Shown here: positions 12,224-21,252 of the stretch, one piece after another
Layout: each line of letters starts with the position of its first letter
How positions within the stretch are numbered: position 1 is the stretch's first letter
Source of the DNA: Micrococcus luteus NCTC 2665
GTDB taxonomy: Bacteria > Actinomycetota > Actinomycetes > Actinomycetales > Micrococcaceae
NCBI RefSeq assembly: GCF_000023205.1
Contig: NC_012803.1
Span: 300,001 to 332,000 of the forward strand
Reading direction: 5' to 3'
DNA: 32,000 nt
The notes under the pieces: generated by a model
The model's database searches: none
Told to the model about the DNA's origin: nothing
The model's input: the letters and a program-made list of their open reading frames with translations, nothing else
Position numbers and translations under genes: made by a program

Positions 12224-12403
12224 GGAGGCTCCTCGCGGGTCCAGGCGGAAGGGCGGACGTCGTTCGGCGCCGCCCACGGCGGGCGTGGCGGGCCCGGCCG
12301 TGCGTGTGATCTGGGTTACTCATCCGCTAATCTAGGATGAGAACGTAGGACATGCAACTATCGAACTCGGGGGGTATCCCGAGGAGGAAGGGAGGGTCCG
12401 TCC

Positions 12404-13177
12404 ATGGACCTGTCGAACCAGAGCGCGATCGTCACCGGCGGGGCCTCGGGCCTCGGCCACGCCACCGCCCGCCGCCTGGCGGACGCGGGGGCCGCCGTCG
12501 TGGTGGTGGACCTGCCGGACCGCGAGGGCGAGACCGTCCGCGCGGACGCCGTGGCCGCCCTCGGCCCCCACGCGCGCTTCGTGACCGGCGACGTCACCGC
12601 CGAGGACACCGCCCGGGAGGCCGTGGCCGCCGCGCTGGAGGCCGGGCCGCTGCGGGTGCTGGTCAACTGCGCCGGCGTGGCGACGCCGGGCAAGCTCGTG
12701 GGTCGCGACGGGCCGCTGTCCACCGAGGTGCTGACCCGGGTCCTGGCGATCAACACGGTCGGCACCGTGTCGATGATGGCCCAGGCCGCCGCCGCGATGA
12801 AGGCGCAGGAGCCGCTCGGCGAGGACCGCGGCGTCATCGTGAACACCGCCTCCGTGGCGGCCTACGACGGGCAGATCGGCCAGATCGCGTACGCCGCCTC
12901 CAAGGGCGCCGTGGTCGCGCTGACCCTGCCCGCGGCCCGCGAGCTCGCCTCCTCGCAGATCCGCGTGGTCACGATCGCCCCCGGCCTCATGGAGACGCCC
13001 ATGATGGCCGGCCTGCCCGAGGCCGCCCGCGAGGCGCTGTCCACCAAGACCCCGCATCCGGCCCGCCTCGGCCGGCCCGAGGACTACGCGCTGCTGGTCG
13101 AGCAGATCGTGTCCAATCCGTTCCTGAACGGCGAGGTCATCCGGCTCGACGGCGCCGTGCGCCTCGAGCCCCGCTGA
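12404..13177 (+). CDS. short-chain dehydrogenase/reductase, type-II 3-hydroxyacyl-CoA dehydrogenase-like
   Basis: Contains TGGASGLG, NCAG and YAASKGAVVALTLPAAREL (the SDR Tyr-x3-Lys). Strong GAGGAGGAAGGGAGG SD upstream. Confidence 0.85.
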   Translation: MDLSNQSAIVTGGASGLGHATARRLADAGAAVVVVDLPDREGETVRADAVAALGPHARFVTGDVTAEDTAREAVAAALEAGPLRVLVNCAGVATPGKLVGRDGPLSTEVLTRVLAINTVGTVSMMAQAAAAMKAQEPLGEDRGVIVNTASVAAYDGQIGQIAYAASKGAVVALTLPAARELASSQIRVVTIAPGLMETPMMAGLPEAAREALSTKTPHPARLGRPEDYALLVEQIVSNPFLNGEVIRLDGAVRLEPR

Positions 13178-13198
13178 GTCGGGCGGCCGGGGAGCGCG

Positions 13199-13756
13199 TC
13201 AGGAGGAGGTGTGCTCCGCCGTCGCGGGCGCGCCGGCGTCGAGGCCGTCGACCTGGAAGTCGCCGGCCTCGGCGCGGAACCGGCCGAGGACGTCGATGAG
13301 GGTGTCCACGTCCGCCGGATCGAAGCCGGAACGGCCGAAGACCTCGGCGTTGAGCGTCTCCGTGGCGGCGTCGGCGACGCGCCGGCCCTCGTCCGTGAGG
13401 GCGAGCACGAGCGCGCGGCGGTCCGACTCGTGGGGGGTGCGCTCCACCAGCCCGGCGGCCTCGAGCCGGTCCACCGCATTGGTCACCGAGGTGGGGTGGA
13501 CCTGCAGGAGCGCGGACGCCTTGGACATCCGCATCCGCTTCTCGCGCGAGAAGTTCAGCAGCGCCAGCAGCTCGTACCGCGCGAAGGTGAGCCCGTAGGG
13601 CTTGAGCGCGGCCTGCGTCCGACCCAGCAGGATCTGCTGGGCCCGCATGATCGAGGTGATGGCGGCCATCGGGCGGGCGACGTCACCCCATCCGTGACGC
13701 TCCCAGTTCCGGGCGGCCTCCCGGATGGGGTCCTGGGCGAGGGGTGGCTTCTTCAT
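13199..13756 (-). CDS. MarR-family transcriptional regulator
   Basis: Winged-helix MarR pattern: LTFARYELLALL...MSKASALLQVHPTSVTNAVDRLEAAGLVERTPHESDRRALVLALTDEG. Confidence 0.88.
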   Translation of the reverse strand: MKKPPLAQDPIREAARNWERHGWGDVARPMAAITSIMRAQQILLGRTQAALKPYGLTFARYELLALLNFSREKRMRMSKASALLQVHPTSVTNAVDRLEAAGLVERTPHESDRRALVLALTDEGRRVADAATETLNAEVFGRSGFDPADVDTLIDVLGRFRAEAGDFQVDGLDAGAPATAEHTSS

Positions 13757-13834
13757 GGCGCTCCAGACTAGCGGCGCACCGGGGGTCCCCCGCCACCGCC
13801 GGACACGGACGGGGCGGTGGCGGGGAACGGCCGG

Positions 13835-15616
13835 TCAGCGCTGCAGGTCCAGGTCCTCCTCCCGGAACTCGGTCCCGTAGCCGTCCGGGGCGGCACCCGT
13901 CTGGGCGCGCTCGACCTCGGCCTTGCGCAGCTCCACGCGGCGGATCTTGCCCGAGATGGTCTTCGGCAGCTCGAGGAACTCGATGCGCCGGATGCGCTTG
14001 TACGGGGGCAGCTGGGTGAGCGTGAACTGCAGGATCGCCCGCGCGGTCTCCACGGTGGGCTCGTGGCCCGGGGCGAGGGTGACGAAGGCCTTCGGCACGG
14101 CCAGTCGCAGCTCGTCCGGGGTGGGGACGATCGCGCCCTCCATCACGGCCGGGTGCTTGACCAGCACCGACTCCAGCTCGAACGGGGACACCTTGTAGTC
14201 CGAGGACTTGAAGACGTCGTCCGCGCGGCCCACATAGGTCAGCACGCCGTTCTCGTCGCGGCGGGCGATGTCGCCGGTGTGGAACACGCCGTCGCGGAAC
14301 ACCTCGTCCGTCTTCTCCTGGTTGCCGTAGTAGGACTTCAGCAGGCCCACCGGACGCGGGTCGAGGCGCAGGCAGATCTCGCCCTCGTCGGCCTCCTGGC
14401 CCGTGAGCGGGTCGATCAGGGTGACGTCCATGCCGGGCAGCGGGCGGCCCATCGAGCCGATGACGACCTTCTGGCCGGGGGTGTTGGCGACCTGCAGGGT
14501 GGTCTCGGTCATGCCGAAGCCGTCGCGGATCGTGGTGCCCCACGCCTTGTGCACCTGGTCGATCACCTCGGCGTTGAGCGGCTCGCCCGCGGAGATGGTC
14601 TTGGTCGGCGGGGTCGTCAGCTGCGCCAGGTCCGCCTTGATGAGCATGCGCCACACGGTGGGCGGGGCGCAGAAGCTCGTGACGCCGTAGCGCTCCATGT
14701 TGGCCATCAGGGCCGCGGGGTCGAACTTGCGGGCGTTGTGCACGAAGATCGTGGCCTCCGCGATCCACGGGGCGAAGAAGTTGGACCACGCGTGCTTGGC
14801 CCAGCCCGGGGAGGCCACGTTGAGGTGCACGTCGCCCGGCTCCAGACCGATCCAGTAGAGCGTCGTGAGGTGGCCGACCGGGTACGAGGTGTGGGTGTGC
14901 TCCACGAGCTTCGGCTTCGAGGTGGTGCCCGAGGTGAAGTAGAAGAGCAGCGTCTCGTCCGCGGGGGTCGGCTCGGCCGGGGTCAGCTCGGTGGCGGCGT
15001 CGTCGGCGTCGTCGTAGGAGAGCACGGTGTGGCCGGCGACCTCGGGGGCGCGGCGCGCCGGGCCCTCCGCGAAGACGCCCGGCACGTGCACCAGGTGCAG
15101 GTCCTCGCCGACGCCGGCGAACTTGGCCAGGTCCTCGGCGCCGGCCACGGCCCACGCGGCGCCGGCGCGCGTCACCCGGTCCTCGAGGTCCCCGGAGGTC
15201 ATCTGTGTGGTGGTGGGCACCATGACCACCCGCAGCTTGATGCAGGCGAGCATGAACTCCCACAGCTCCACCTGGTTGTTCAGCATGAGGATGAGACGGT
15301 CGCCGCGGCGCAGGCCCTGCGCGGAGAGCCAGTTCGCCACCCGGTTGGAGGCCGCGGAGAGCTCGGCGAAGGTGCGTTCGGTGCTGCGACCGTCGTCCTC
15401 GGCGATGATCAGCGCCGGCACGTCCGCGCGGGCCGGGTCCTGAGCCAGGCGGTCGAACCAGTCGAAGCCGAAGTTGAAGTGCTCGAAGCGGGGCCACTCG
15501 AACTCGGCGCGGGCGCGCTCGTCGTCGGTCTGGCACTCGACCAGCAGGTCGCGGGCCGCGCGGAACACCTCCGTCGGCGACGGGGCGGCGACGGCGGTGG
15601 GGTCCTGGACGGTCAT
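13835..15616 (-). CDS. AMP-dependent acyl-CoA synthetase (medium-chain/ACSM-like)
   Basis: FYFTSGTTSKPKLV AMP-binding motif, GFGMTET, FHTGDIARRDENGVLTYVGRADDVFK, and the C-terminal LPKTISGKIRR. GAGGAGGG SD upstream. Confidence 0.9.
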   Translation of the reverse strand: MTVQDPTAVAAPSPTEVFRAARDLLVECQTDDERARAEFEWPRFEHFNFGFDWFDRLAQDPARADVPALIIAEDDGRSTERTFAELSAASNRVANWLSAQGLRRGDRLILMLNNQVELWEFMLACIKLRVVMVPTTTQMTSGDLEDRVTRAGAAWAVAGAEDLAKFAGVGEDLHLVHVPGVFAEGPARRAPEVAGHTVLSYDDADDAATELTPAEPTPADETLLFYFTSGTTSKPKLVEHTHTSYPVGHLTTLYWIGLEPGDVHLNVASPGWAKHAWSNFFAPWIAEATIFVHNARKFDPAALMANMERYGVTSFCAPPTVWRMLIKADLAQLTTPPTKTISAGEPLNAEVIDQVHKAWGTTIRDGFGMTETTLQVANTPGQKVVIGSMGRPLPGMDVTLIDPLTGQEADEGEICLRLDPRPVGLLKSYYGNQEKTDEVFRDGVFHTGDIARRDENGVLTYVGRADDVFKSSDYKVSPFELESVLVKHPAVMEGAIVPTPDELRLAVPKAFVTLAPGHEPTVETARAILQFTLTQLPPYKRIRRIEFLELPKTISGKIRRVELRKAEVERAQTGAAPDGYGTEFREEDLDLQR

Positions 15617-15767
15617 GGGTCCCTCCTCGAGGTGGTTGCTGAACGGATCCTTGGCCGGGGGCCTGTGATCTGGAACACTACTGTCAGACCTGGATAGTTG
15701 GAAGTCCTACAGTCGGATTCACGGCGAAACCGCCCGCCGTCGTCGGACCGCCCCCCGAAGGAGAGCC

Positions 15768-16976
15768 ATGACCGCCCTCGCCGACCGCCCCGTCCCCGCC
15801 TCCGGCGCGCCCGCCGTCCCCCCCGGCCTGCCCCACGTGGACCTGCTGCGCCTGCGGGACCGCCTCGAACCGGTCGAGCGTGCCCGGCTCGACGCGATCG
15901 AGGACCACCTGCAGACCCGCGTGCGGCCGCACCTGACCCGGTACTGGGACGCCGAGGAGTTCGCATTCGACCTGCTGCCGGGCCTGGCCGAGCTGGGTCT
16001 GGGGCGCCTCGTCCTGGACGGCTCGTCCTCGCTGTTCCAGCAGCTCGTGCACGCGGAGATCGCCCGTGTGGACCTGTCCCTGTCCGCCCTCGTGGGCATC
16101 CACAACGAGCTCAACCTCGGCATGATCGCCGGCCTGGGCTCGGAGCGGCAGAAGGCCACGTGGCAGGGGCGCCTCGAATCCTTCGACGCCCTGGGCGCGT
16201 TCTGCCTCACCGAGCCGGACCACGGCTCGGACATCGCCGGCGGCCTCGCCACCACCGCCACCCGCGACGGCGACGAGTGGGTCATCCGCGGCGCCAAGCG
16301 CTGGATCGGGGCCGGCACGATCGCCGACGTCGCGCTCGTCTGGGCGCGCGACACCGCCGACGGCGAGATCAAGGGCTTCGTGGTGCCCACCGACACCCCC
16401 GGCTACGAGGCCACCAAGATCAGCGGGAAGATGGGCCTGCGGATCATGCAGAACGCGGACATCACCCTGGACGTGCGCCTGCCCGCAGACGCGATCCTGC
16501 CCGGCGCCACCACCTTCGCCGCCACCCGCGCCCTGCTGCGCGACTCGCGCATGTGGGTCGGCTGGCAGGGCGTCGGCGCGCAGATGGGCGTGCTGGACGT
16601 GCTGCGCTCCTACGCGCTGCGGCGGGAGCAGTTCGGTCGCCCGCTGGCCGCGTTCCAGCTCATCCAGGCCCAGATCGCCGAGGTCGCCGGCAACCTGGCC
16701 GCCTCCGCCGGGATGATGCTCCAGGTGGACGCCCTGCGGCAGGAGGGGCGGATGGAGATGATGCACGCGGCGATGGCCAAGGCCACCTCGACCCGGCTGG
16801 CCCGGTCCTCGGCGGCGCTCGCCCGCGACGCCCTTGGCGGCAACGGCCTGCTCACGGAGCACGAGATCGCCAAGATCATGGGGGACGTGGAGGCCATCTA
16901 CTCCTACGAGGGCTCCTACGGCATGAACACCCTGATCGTGGGGCGGGCCCTCACCGGCGTCTCGGCCTTCGTGTGA
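15768..16976 (+). CDS. acyl-CoA dehydrogenase, glutaryl-CoA dehydrogenase-like
   Basis: FCLTEPDHGSDIAG, KRWIGAGTIADVALVWAR, and the C-terminal EAIYSYEGSYGMNTLIVGRALTGVSAF (GCDH-type tail). GAAGGAGAG SD upstream. Confidence 0.88.
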   Translation: MTALADRPVPASGAPAVPPGLPHVDLLRLRDRLEPVERARLDAIEDHLQTRVRPHLTRYWDAEEFAFDLLPGLAELGLGRLVLDGSSSLFQQLVHAEIARVDLSLSALVGIHNELNLGMIAGLGSERQKATWQGRLESFDALGAFCLTEPDHGSDIAGGLATTATRDGDEWVIRGAKRWIGAGTIADVALVWARDTADGEIKGFVVPTDTPGYEATKISGKMGLRIMQNADITLDVRLPADAILPGATTFAATRALLRDSRMWVGWQGVGAQMGVLDVLRSYALRREQFGRPLAAFQLIQAQIAEVAGNLAASAGMMLQVDALRQEGRMEMMHAAMAKATSTRLARSSAALARDALGGNGLLTEHEIAKIMGDVEAIYSYEGSYGMNTLIVGRALTGVSAFV

Positions 16977-17415
16977 GCCACGCCCCGATGCGGGTGATCA
17001 ACGCGTTCTGCAGGCCCATGGTGAAGCACAGCACGGCCACCACGACGAGCGGCCGGTGCGCATCGCGGACGTGCTCGGCGAGCAGGCCGAACACCAGCAT
17101 GCCGACGCCCTCGAGCAGGAGGGTGTTGGCGTACCGCGAGCGGAGGCCGTTGACCCGGCCCCAGTTGAACACCAGCGCGCAGACGACCGCGCCCAGGATG
17201 AACATGGCCAGCGCAAGCAGGCCCGTGCCGACCAGGCCTGGGGCGCGGAGGACCGCCGCGTCCGCCATGGACGCCACGATCCCCGTCATGTGGGACGTGT
17301 ACGTGGCCACGGCGACGAAGCCCACGGAGTTGAGGATCCCCGCGATCGCGGTCAGCACCAGCGCCAGGTGGGTGTTGCGCCGCACGGTGCGCTCGGGGGC
17401 GCACAGGTTGAACAC
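16951..17415 (-). CDS. DUF1275 (YoaK)-family membrane protein, apparently 3'-truncated (possible pseudogene)
   Basis: LALVLTAIAGILNSVGFVAV...TSHMTGI...MGLQNALITRIG matches the first ~2/3 of DUF1275 proteins. The ORF then ends in AWLTRRPRRR and overlaps the convergent ACAD gene by 26 nt. Confidence 0.55.
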   Translation of the reverse strand: MFNLCAPERTVRRNTHLALVLTAIAGILNSVGFVAVATYTSHMTGIVASMADAAVLRAPGLVGTGLLALAMFILGAVVCALVFNWGRVNGLRSRYANTLLLEGVGMLVFGLLAEHVRDAHRPLVVVAVLCFTMGLQNALITRIGAWLTRRPRRR

Positions 17416-17503
17416 GACGCCACCCTACGGCTGGGCGCCGCCGTCGGCGCCGACGCGGGAGGCGCCGTCGTCGACGCCCCCCGTCACCGTGCCCGGGCCG
17501 GGC

Positions 17504-17917
17504 TCAGTAGCTGGAGTAGCCGTCCTCCGACAGGGTGTGCTTCTCGTCGCCGGTGATGGCGGGGTTGAACACCGAGATCAGGTGCATGTCCTCGGTGCCG
17601 CCGCGCAGGTCGTGCGGCTCGTGGTCCGGCAGCACGTAGATGACGCCCGGCGTGATCTCGTGGACGGTGCCGTCCGGCTCCACCACGGAGCCGTTGCCCG
17701 CGATGCAGTAGCAGGCCTCCTGGTGGTGGCGGTACTGGAGCTTCGAGGACGATCCGGCGCGCACGATCGTGTGGGCGACGGCGAAGCCCATCTCGTCCTG
17801 CGCGGTGAGGAGACGTTCGGAGGTGCCTCCGCCCCACTCGACCTTCTCGACGTCGTTCCGGCTGCGGGTGTATATGGGTGGATCGCTCCCTCGGTCGGCT
17901 CCGGGGCGGAGGAACAC
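17504..17917 (-). CDS. ectC: ectoine synthase-like cupin (EctC family), solitary: no ectA/ectB nearby
   Basis: QYRHHQEACYCIAGNGSVVE and GVIYVLPDHEPHDLRG closely parallel the EctC core HYKHHxEAVYCIEGEGEVE / DIYxLDxHDxHxLR. Size is 137 aa. Start is GTG 17917; see finding. Confidence 0.75.
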   Translation of the reverse strand: MFLRPGADRGSDPPIYTRSRNDVEKVEWGGGTSERLLTAQDEMGFAVAHTIVRAGSSSKLQYRHHQEACYCIAGNGSVVEPDGTVHEITPGVIYVLPDHEPHDLRGGTEDMHLISVFNPAITGDEKHTLSEDGYSSY

Positions 17918-17982
17918 GGTCCGCCCGTCCCGGCCACGGTAGGCACGGGCGCGTGGGGTGACTCAACCCCTCCCGGACGCAC

Positions 17983-18011
17983 TGTGACGCGGCCTACACG
18001 TGTGGGATACT
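17983..18011 (+). promoter_or_regulatory. candidate promoter for the glycine riboswitch/gcv operon (-35 TGTGAC, 17-nt spacer, -10 GATACT)
   Basis: Hexamers read directly from the sequence, about 20 nt upstream of the first riboswitch aptamer. No experimental support. Confidence 0.3.
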
Positions 18012-18032
18012 GACGGCACGCCGCATGCCCCG

Positions 18033-18250
18033 CGCGGGAGAGCGTCGGCGCGCGTCCTGCCACAGCCGGCCGCGTGAGCAGGCCGCCGAAGGAGCAAACC
18101 CTCCCCGGGAATCTCTCAGGCATCCGTACCGCGTGGGGTCAGGCGCTCTGGAAAGCGTCTCACTCCGCCGCCCCCGCGTCCGGACCGAGACCACCGACGG
18201 TGCAAGCCGCCCACCCGGGCGTCGGAAACTCTCAGGTCCATGACAGAGCG
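18033..18250 (+). promoter_or_regulatory. tandem glycine riboswitch (two aptamers) in the gcvP leader
   Basis: Aptamer 1: GGGAGAG (18036) ... GCCGAAGGAGCAA (18084) ... CTCTCAGGCA (18113). Aptamer 2: GCTCTGGAAAG (18145) ... CACCGACGGTGCAA (18192) ... CTCTCAGGTCCATGACAGAGC (18230). These match the conserved GGAGAG / ACCGAAGGGGCAA / CUCAGG cores, and the gcvP SD GGGGAGGAG follows directly. Confidence 0.85.
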
Positions 18251-18270
18251 GGGAGGAGCAGACCCACGCC

Positions 18271-21240
18271 GTGACCACGGCAGGATCCCCCCGGAGGTAC
18301 CCCGTGACCAGCCCCCAGACCACCGAGATCACGACCGCGCTGCCCCACGAGCGCGTCGAGCCCAAGGACACCGCCTCGGCCCCCTTCGTGGCCCGCCACA
18401 TCGGCCCGCGCCCCGCGGACGTCGAGCACATGCTGCAGACCCTGGGCTACGACTCGCTCGAGGCCCTCGTGGACACCGCCGTCCCCGCCGGCATCCGCCA
18501 GCCGAAGCCCCTCGAGCTGCCCGCCCCGCTGACCGAGTCCGCGGTCCTGGAGCAGCTGCGCGAGATCGCCGGCCGCAACGTCATGAAGACCCAGATGATC
18601 GGGCAGGGCTTCTCGGACACCGTCACCCCGGGCGTCATCCTCCGCAAGGTGCTGGAGAACCCGGCCTGGTACACGGCCTACACGCCGTACCAGCCGGAGA
18701 TCTCCCAGGGCCGCCTCGAGGCCCTCCTGAACTACCAGACGATGGTCCAGGACCTCACCGGCCTGGACATCGCCAACGCCTCTCTGCTGGACGAGGCCTC
18801 CGCCGCCGCCGAGGCCGTGCTCCTCATGCACCGCGCCAACCGCCGCAGGACCGACGGCGTCACCCTCCTCGACGCGGACCTCTTCCCGCAGACCCTCTCC
18901 GTGGTGCGCCTGCGCGCCGAGGCCGTGGGCATCGACGTGCGCGTGGCCGACCTCTCCGCAGGCATCCCGGAGGACGTCCGCGCCGAGGTCGAGGAGAAGG
19001 GCCTGTGCGGCGTCGTGCTGCAGCAGCCCGGCGACTCCGGCCGCATCCACGACCACGCCGCCGTCATCGCGCAGGCCAAGGAGGCCGGCGCCCTCGTGAC
19101 CGTCGCCGCGGACATCCTCTCCCTCGCCCTGATCACTCCGCCCGGGGAGCATGGTGCGGACATCGCCGTCGGCTCCACGCAGCGCTTCGGCGTGCCCCTG
19201 TTCTTCGGCGGCCCCCACGCCGCCTACATGGCCGTGAAGGAGGGCCTGCAGCGCAGCATGCCGGGCCGCCTCGTGGGCGTCTCCTACGACGACGCCGGCA
19301 AGCCCGCCTACCGCCTCGCCCTCCAGACGCGCGAACAGCACATCCGGCGCGAGAAGGCCACCTCCAACATCTGCACCGCCCAGGCGCTGCTCGCGATCGT
19401 CGCCTCGATGTACGCCGTCTACCACGGCCCCCAGGGCATCGCCCGCATCGCCCGCCACGCCCACGCCCAGGCCGTCCGCCTGGCGGAGGCGCTGCGGGCC
19501 GGTGGCGTCGAGGTCGCCGAGGAGCACTTCTTCGACACGATCACCGTCCGCGTGCCCGGCCGGGCCGAGCAGGTCCTGCAGGCCGCCGAGGAGAACGGCG
19601 TGAACCTGCGCCTGGTGGACGCGGACACCCTGCGGATCGCAGCCGATGAGACCACCGTCGACGCCGACCTCGTGGCCGTCCTGACGGCGTTCGGCCTGGA
19701 CGCGGGCTCCCTGCCGGCCTCCGCGCACGAGGGCGCCGTGGCCACCCCGGCCGTGCCGGAGTCGCTGCGCCGCTCCTCCGCGTTCATGACGCACCCGGTG
19801 TTCAACACCCACCACTCGGAGACGAAGATGCTGCGCTACCTGCGCCGCCTCTCCGGCTACGACCTGGCGCTGGACCGCACCATGATCCCGCTGGGCTCGT
19901 GCACCATGAAGCTCAATGCCACCGCGGAGATGGAGGCCATCTCCTGGCCCGAGTTCTGCTCCATCCACCCGTTCGCGCCCGACCACCAGACCGAGGGCTG
20001 GCGGTTCCTGATCGCGGATCTGGAGGCCAAGCTCGCCGAGATCACCGGCTACGCGGGCGTCTCGGTGGCCCCGAACGCCGGCTCGCAGGGCGAGTTCGCG
20101 GGCCTGTGGGCCATCCGCCAGTACCACCTGGCCCGCGGTGAGGGTGAGCGGGACATCTGCCTGATCCCGGCCTCCGCCCACGGCACCAACGCGGCCTCGG
20201 CCGTGCTGGCGGGGCTGAAGGTCGTCGTCGTCGCCACCGCCGACGACGGCACGATCGACGCCGCCGACCTGGACGTCAAGATCGCGGCGAACGAGGGCCG
20301 CATCGCGGCCATCATGATCACCTACCCCTCCACGCACGGCGTGTACGACGCCGACGTCAAGGAGGTCTGCGCCACGGTGCACGCCGCGGGCGGCCAGGTG
20401 TACATCGACGGCGCCAACCTCAACGCGCTCGTGGGCCTGGCCCAGCCGGGCGAGTTCGGCGGAGACGTCTCCCACCTGAACCTGCACAAGACGTTCTGCA
20501 TCCCGCACGGCGGCGGGGGCCCGGGCGTGGGCCCCGTGGCGGTGGGCGAGCACCTGGTGCCGTACCTGCCCTCCCGCGAGGCCCTGATGACCGCGGCCCC
20601 GCACGGCTCGGCCGGCGTGCTGCCCATCTCCTGGGCCTACATCCACCTGATGGGCGCCGAGGGCCTGCTCTCCGCCACCGAGCACGCGCTGCTGGGCGCC
20701 AACTACATCTCCCGCCGCCTCGCGCCCCTCTACCCGACGCTGTACACGGGCAACGACGGCCTCGTGGCGCACGAGTGCATCCTCGACCTGCGCGAGCTCA
20801 CGGCCCGCACGGGCGTGACCGCCGAGGACGTCTGCAAGCGCCTCATCGACTACGGGTTCCACGCCCCCACCCTGGCGTTCCCCGTGGCGGGCACGCTCAT
20901 GGTGGAGCCCACCGAGTCCGAGGACCTCGAGGAGATCGAGCGGTTCATCGAGGCCATGGAGGCCATCCACGCCGAGATCACCGCCGTCACCCCGGAGACC
21001 GTGGCGGACTCCGTCCTGCGCCGCGCCCCGCACACCCTCAACGTCCTGATGGCCGACGAATGGGACCGCCCCTACTCGCGCGCCCAGGCGGGCACGCCGG
21101 TGCCGAGCCTGCGTCTGGACAAGTACCTGCCGCCGGTGGGCCGCATCGACGGCGCCTACGGGGATCGCAACCTCGTGTGCTCGTGCCCGCCGCCCGAGGC
21201 GTTCGAGGACGCCGTGGCCGACACCGCCGACGAGGACTGA
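18271..21240 (+). CDS. gcvP: glycine dehydrogenase (decarboxylating), glycine cleavage P protein
   Basis: 989-aa single-chain P protein with [26 protein letters not shown], the PLP lysine region [16 protein letters not shown], and ERFIEAM. The alternative start GTG 18304 is also preceded by GGAGG. Confidence 0.95.
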   Translation: MTTAGSPRRYPVTSPQTTEITTALPHERVEPKDTASAPFVARHIGPRPADVEHMLQTLGYDSLEALVDTAVPAGIRQPKPLELPAPLTESAVLEQLREIAGRNVMKTQMIGQGFSDTVTPGVILRKVLENPAWYTAYTPYQPEISQGRLEALLNYQTMVQDLTGLDIANASLLDEASAAAEAVLLMHRANRRRTDGVTLLDADLFPQTLSVVRLRAEAVGIDVRVADLSAGIPEDVRAEVEEKGLCGVVLQQPGDSGRIHDHAAVIAQAKEAGALVTVAADILSLALITPPGEHGADIAVGSTQRFGVPLFFGGPHAAYMAVKEGLQRSMPGRLVGVSYDDAGKPAYRLALQTREQHIRREKATSNICTAQALLAIVASMYAVYHGPQGIARIARHAHAQAVRLAEALRAGGVEVAEEHFFDTITVRVPGRAEQVLQAAEENGVNLRLVDADTLRIAADETTVDADLVAVLTAFGLDAGSLPASAHEGAVATPAVPESLRRSSAFMTHPVFNTHHSETKMLRYLRRLSGYDLALDRTMIPLGSCTMKLNATAEMEAISWPEFCSIHPFAPDHQTEGWRFLIADLEAKLAEITGYAGVSVAPNAGSQGEFAGLWAIRQYHLARGEGERDICLIPASAHGTNAASAVLAGLKVVVVATADDGTIDAADLDVKIAANEGRIAAIMITYPSTHGVYDADVKEVCATVHAAGGQVYIDGANLNALVGLAQPGEFGGDVSHLNLHKTFCIPHGGGGPGVGPVAVGEHLVPYLPSREALMTAAPHGSAGVLPISWAYIHLMGAEGLLSATEHALLGANYISRRLAPLYPTLYTGNDGLVAHECILDLRELTARTGVTAEDVCKRLIDYGFHAPTLAFPVAGTLMVEPTESEDLEEIERFIEAMEAIHAEITAVTPETVADSVLRRAPHTLNVLMADEWDRPYSRAQAGTPVPSLRLDKYLPPVGRIDGAYGDRNLVCSCPPPEAFEDAVADTADED

Positions 21241-21252
21241 GAGGATCACCCC

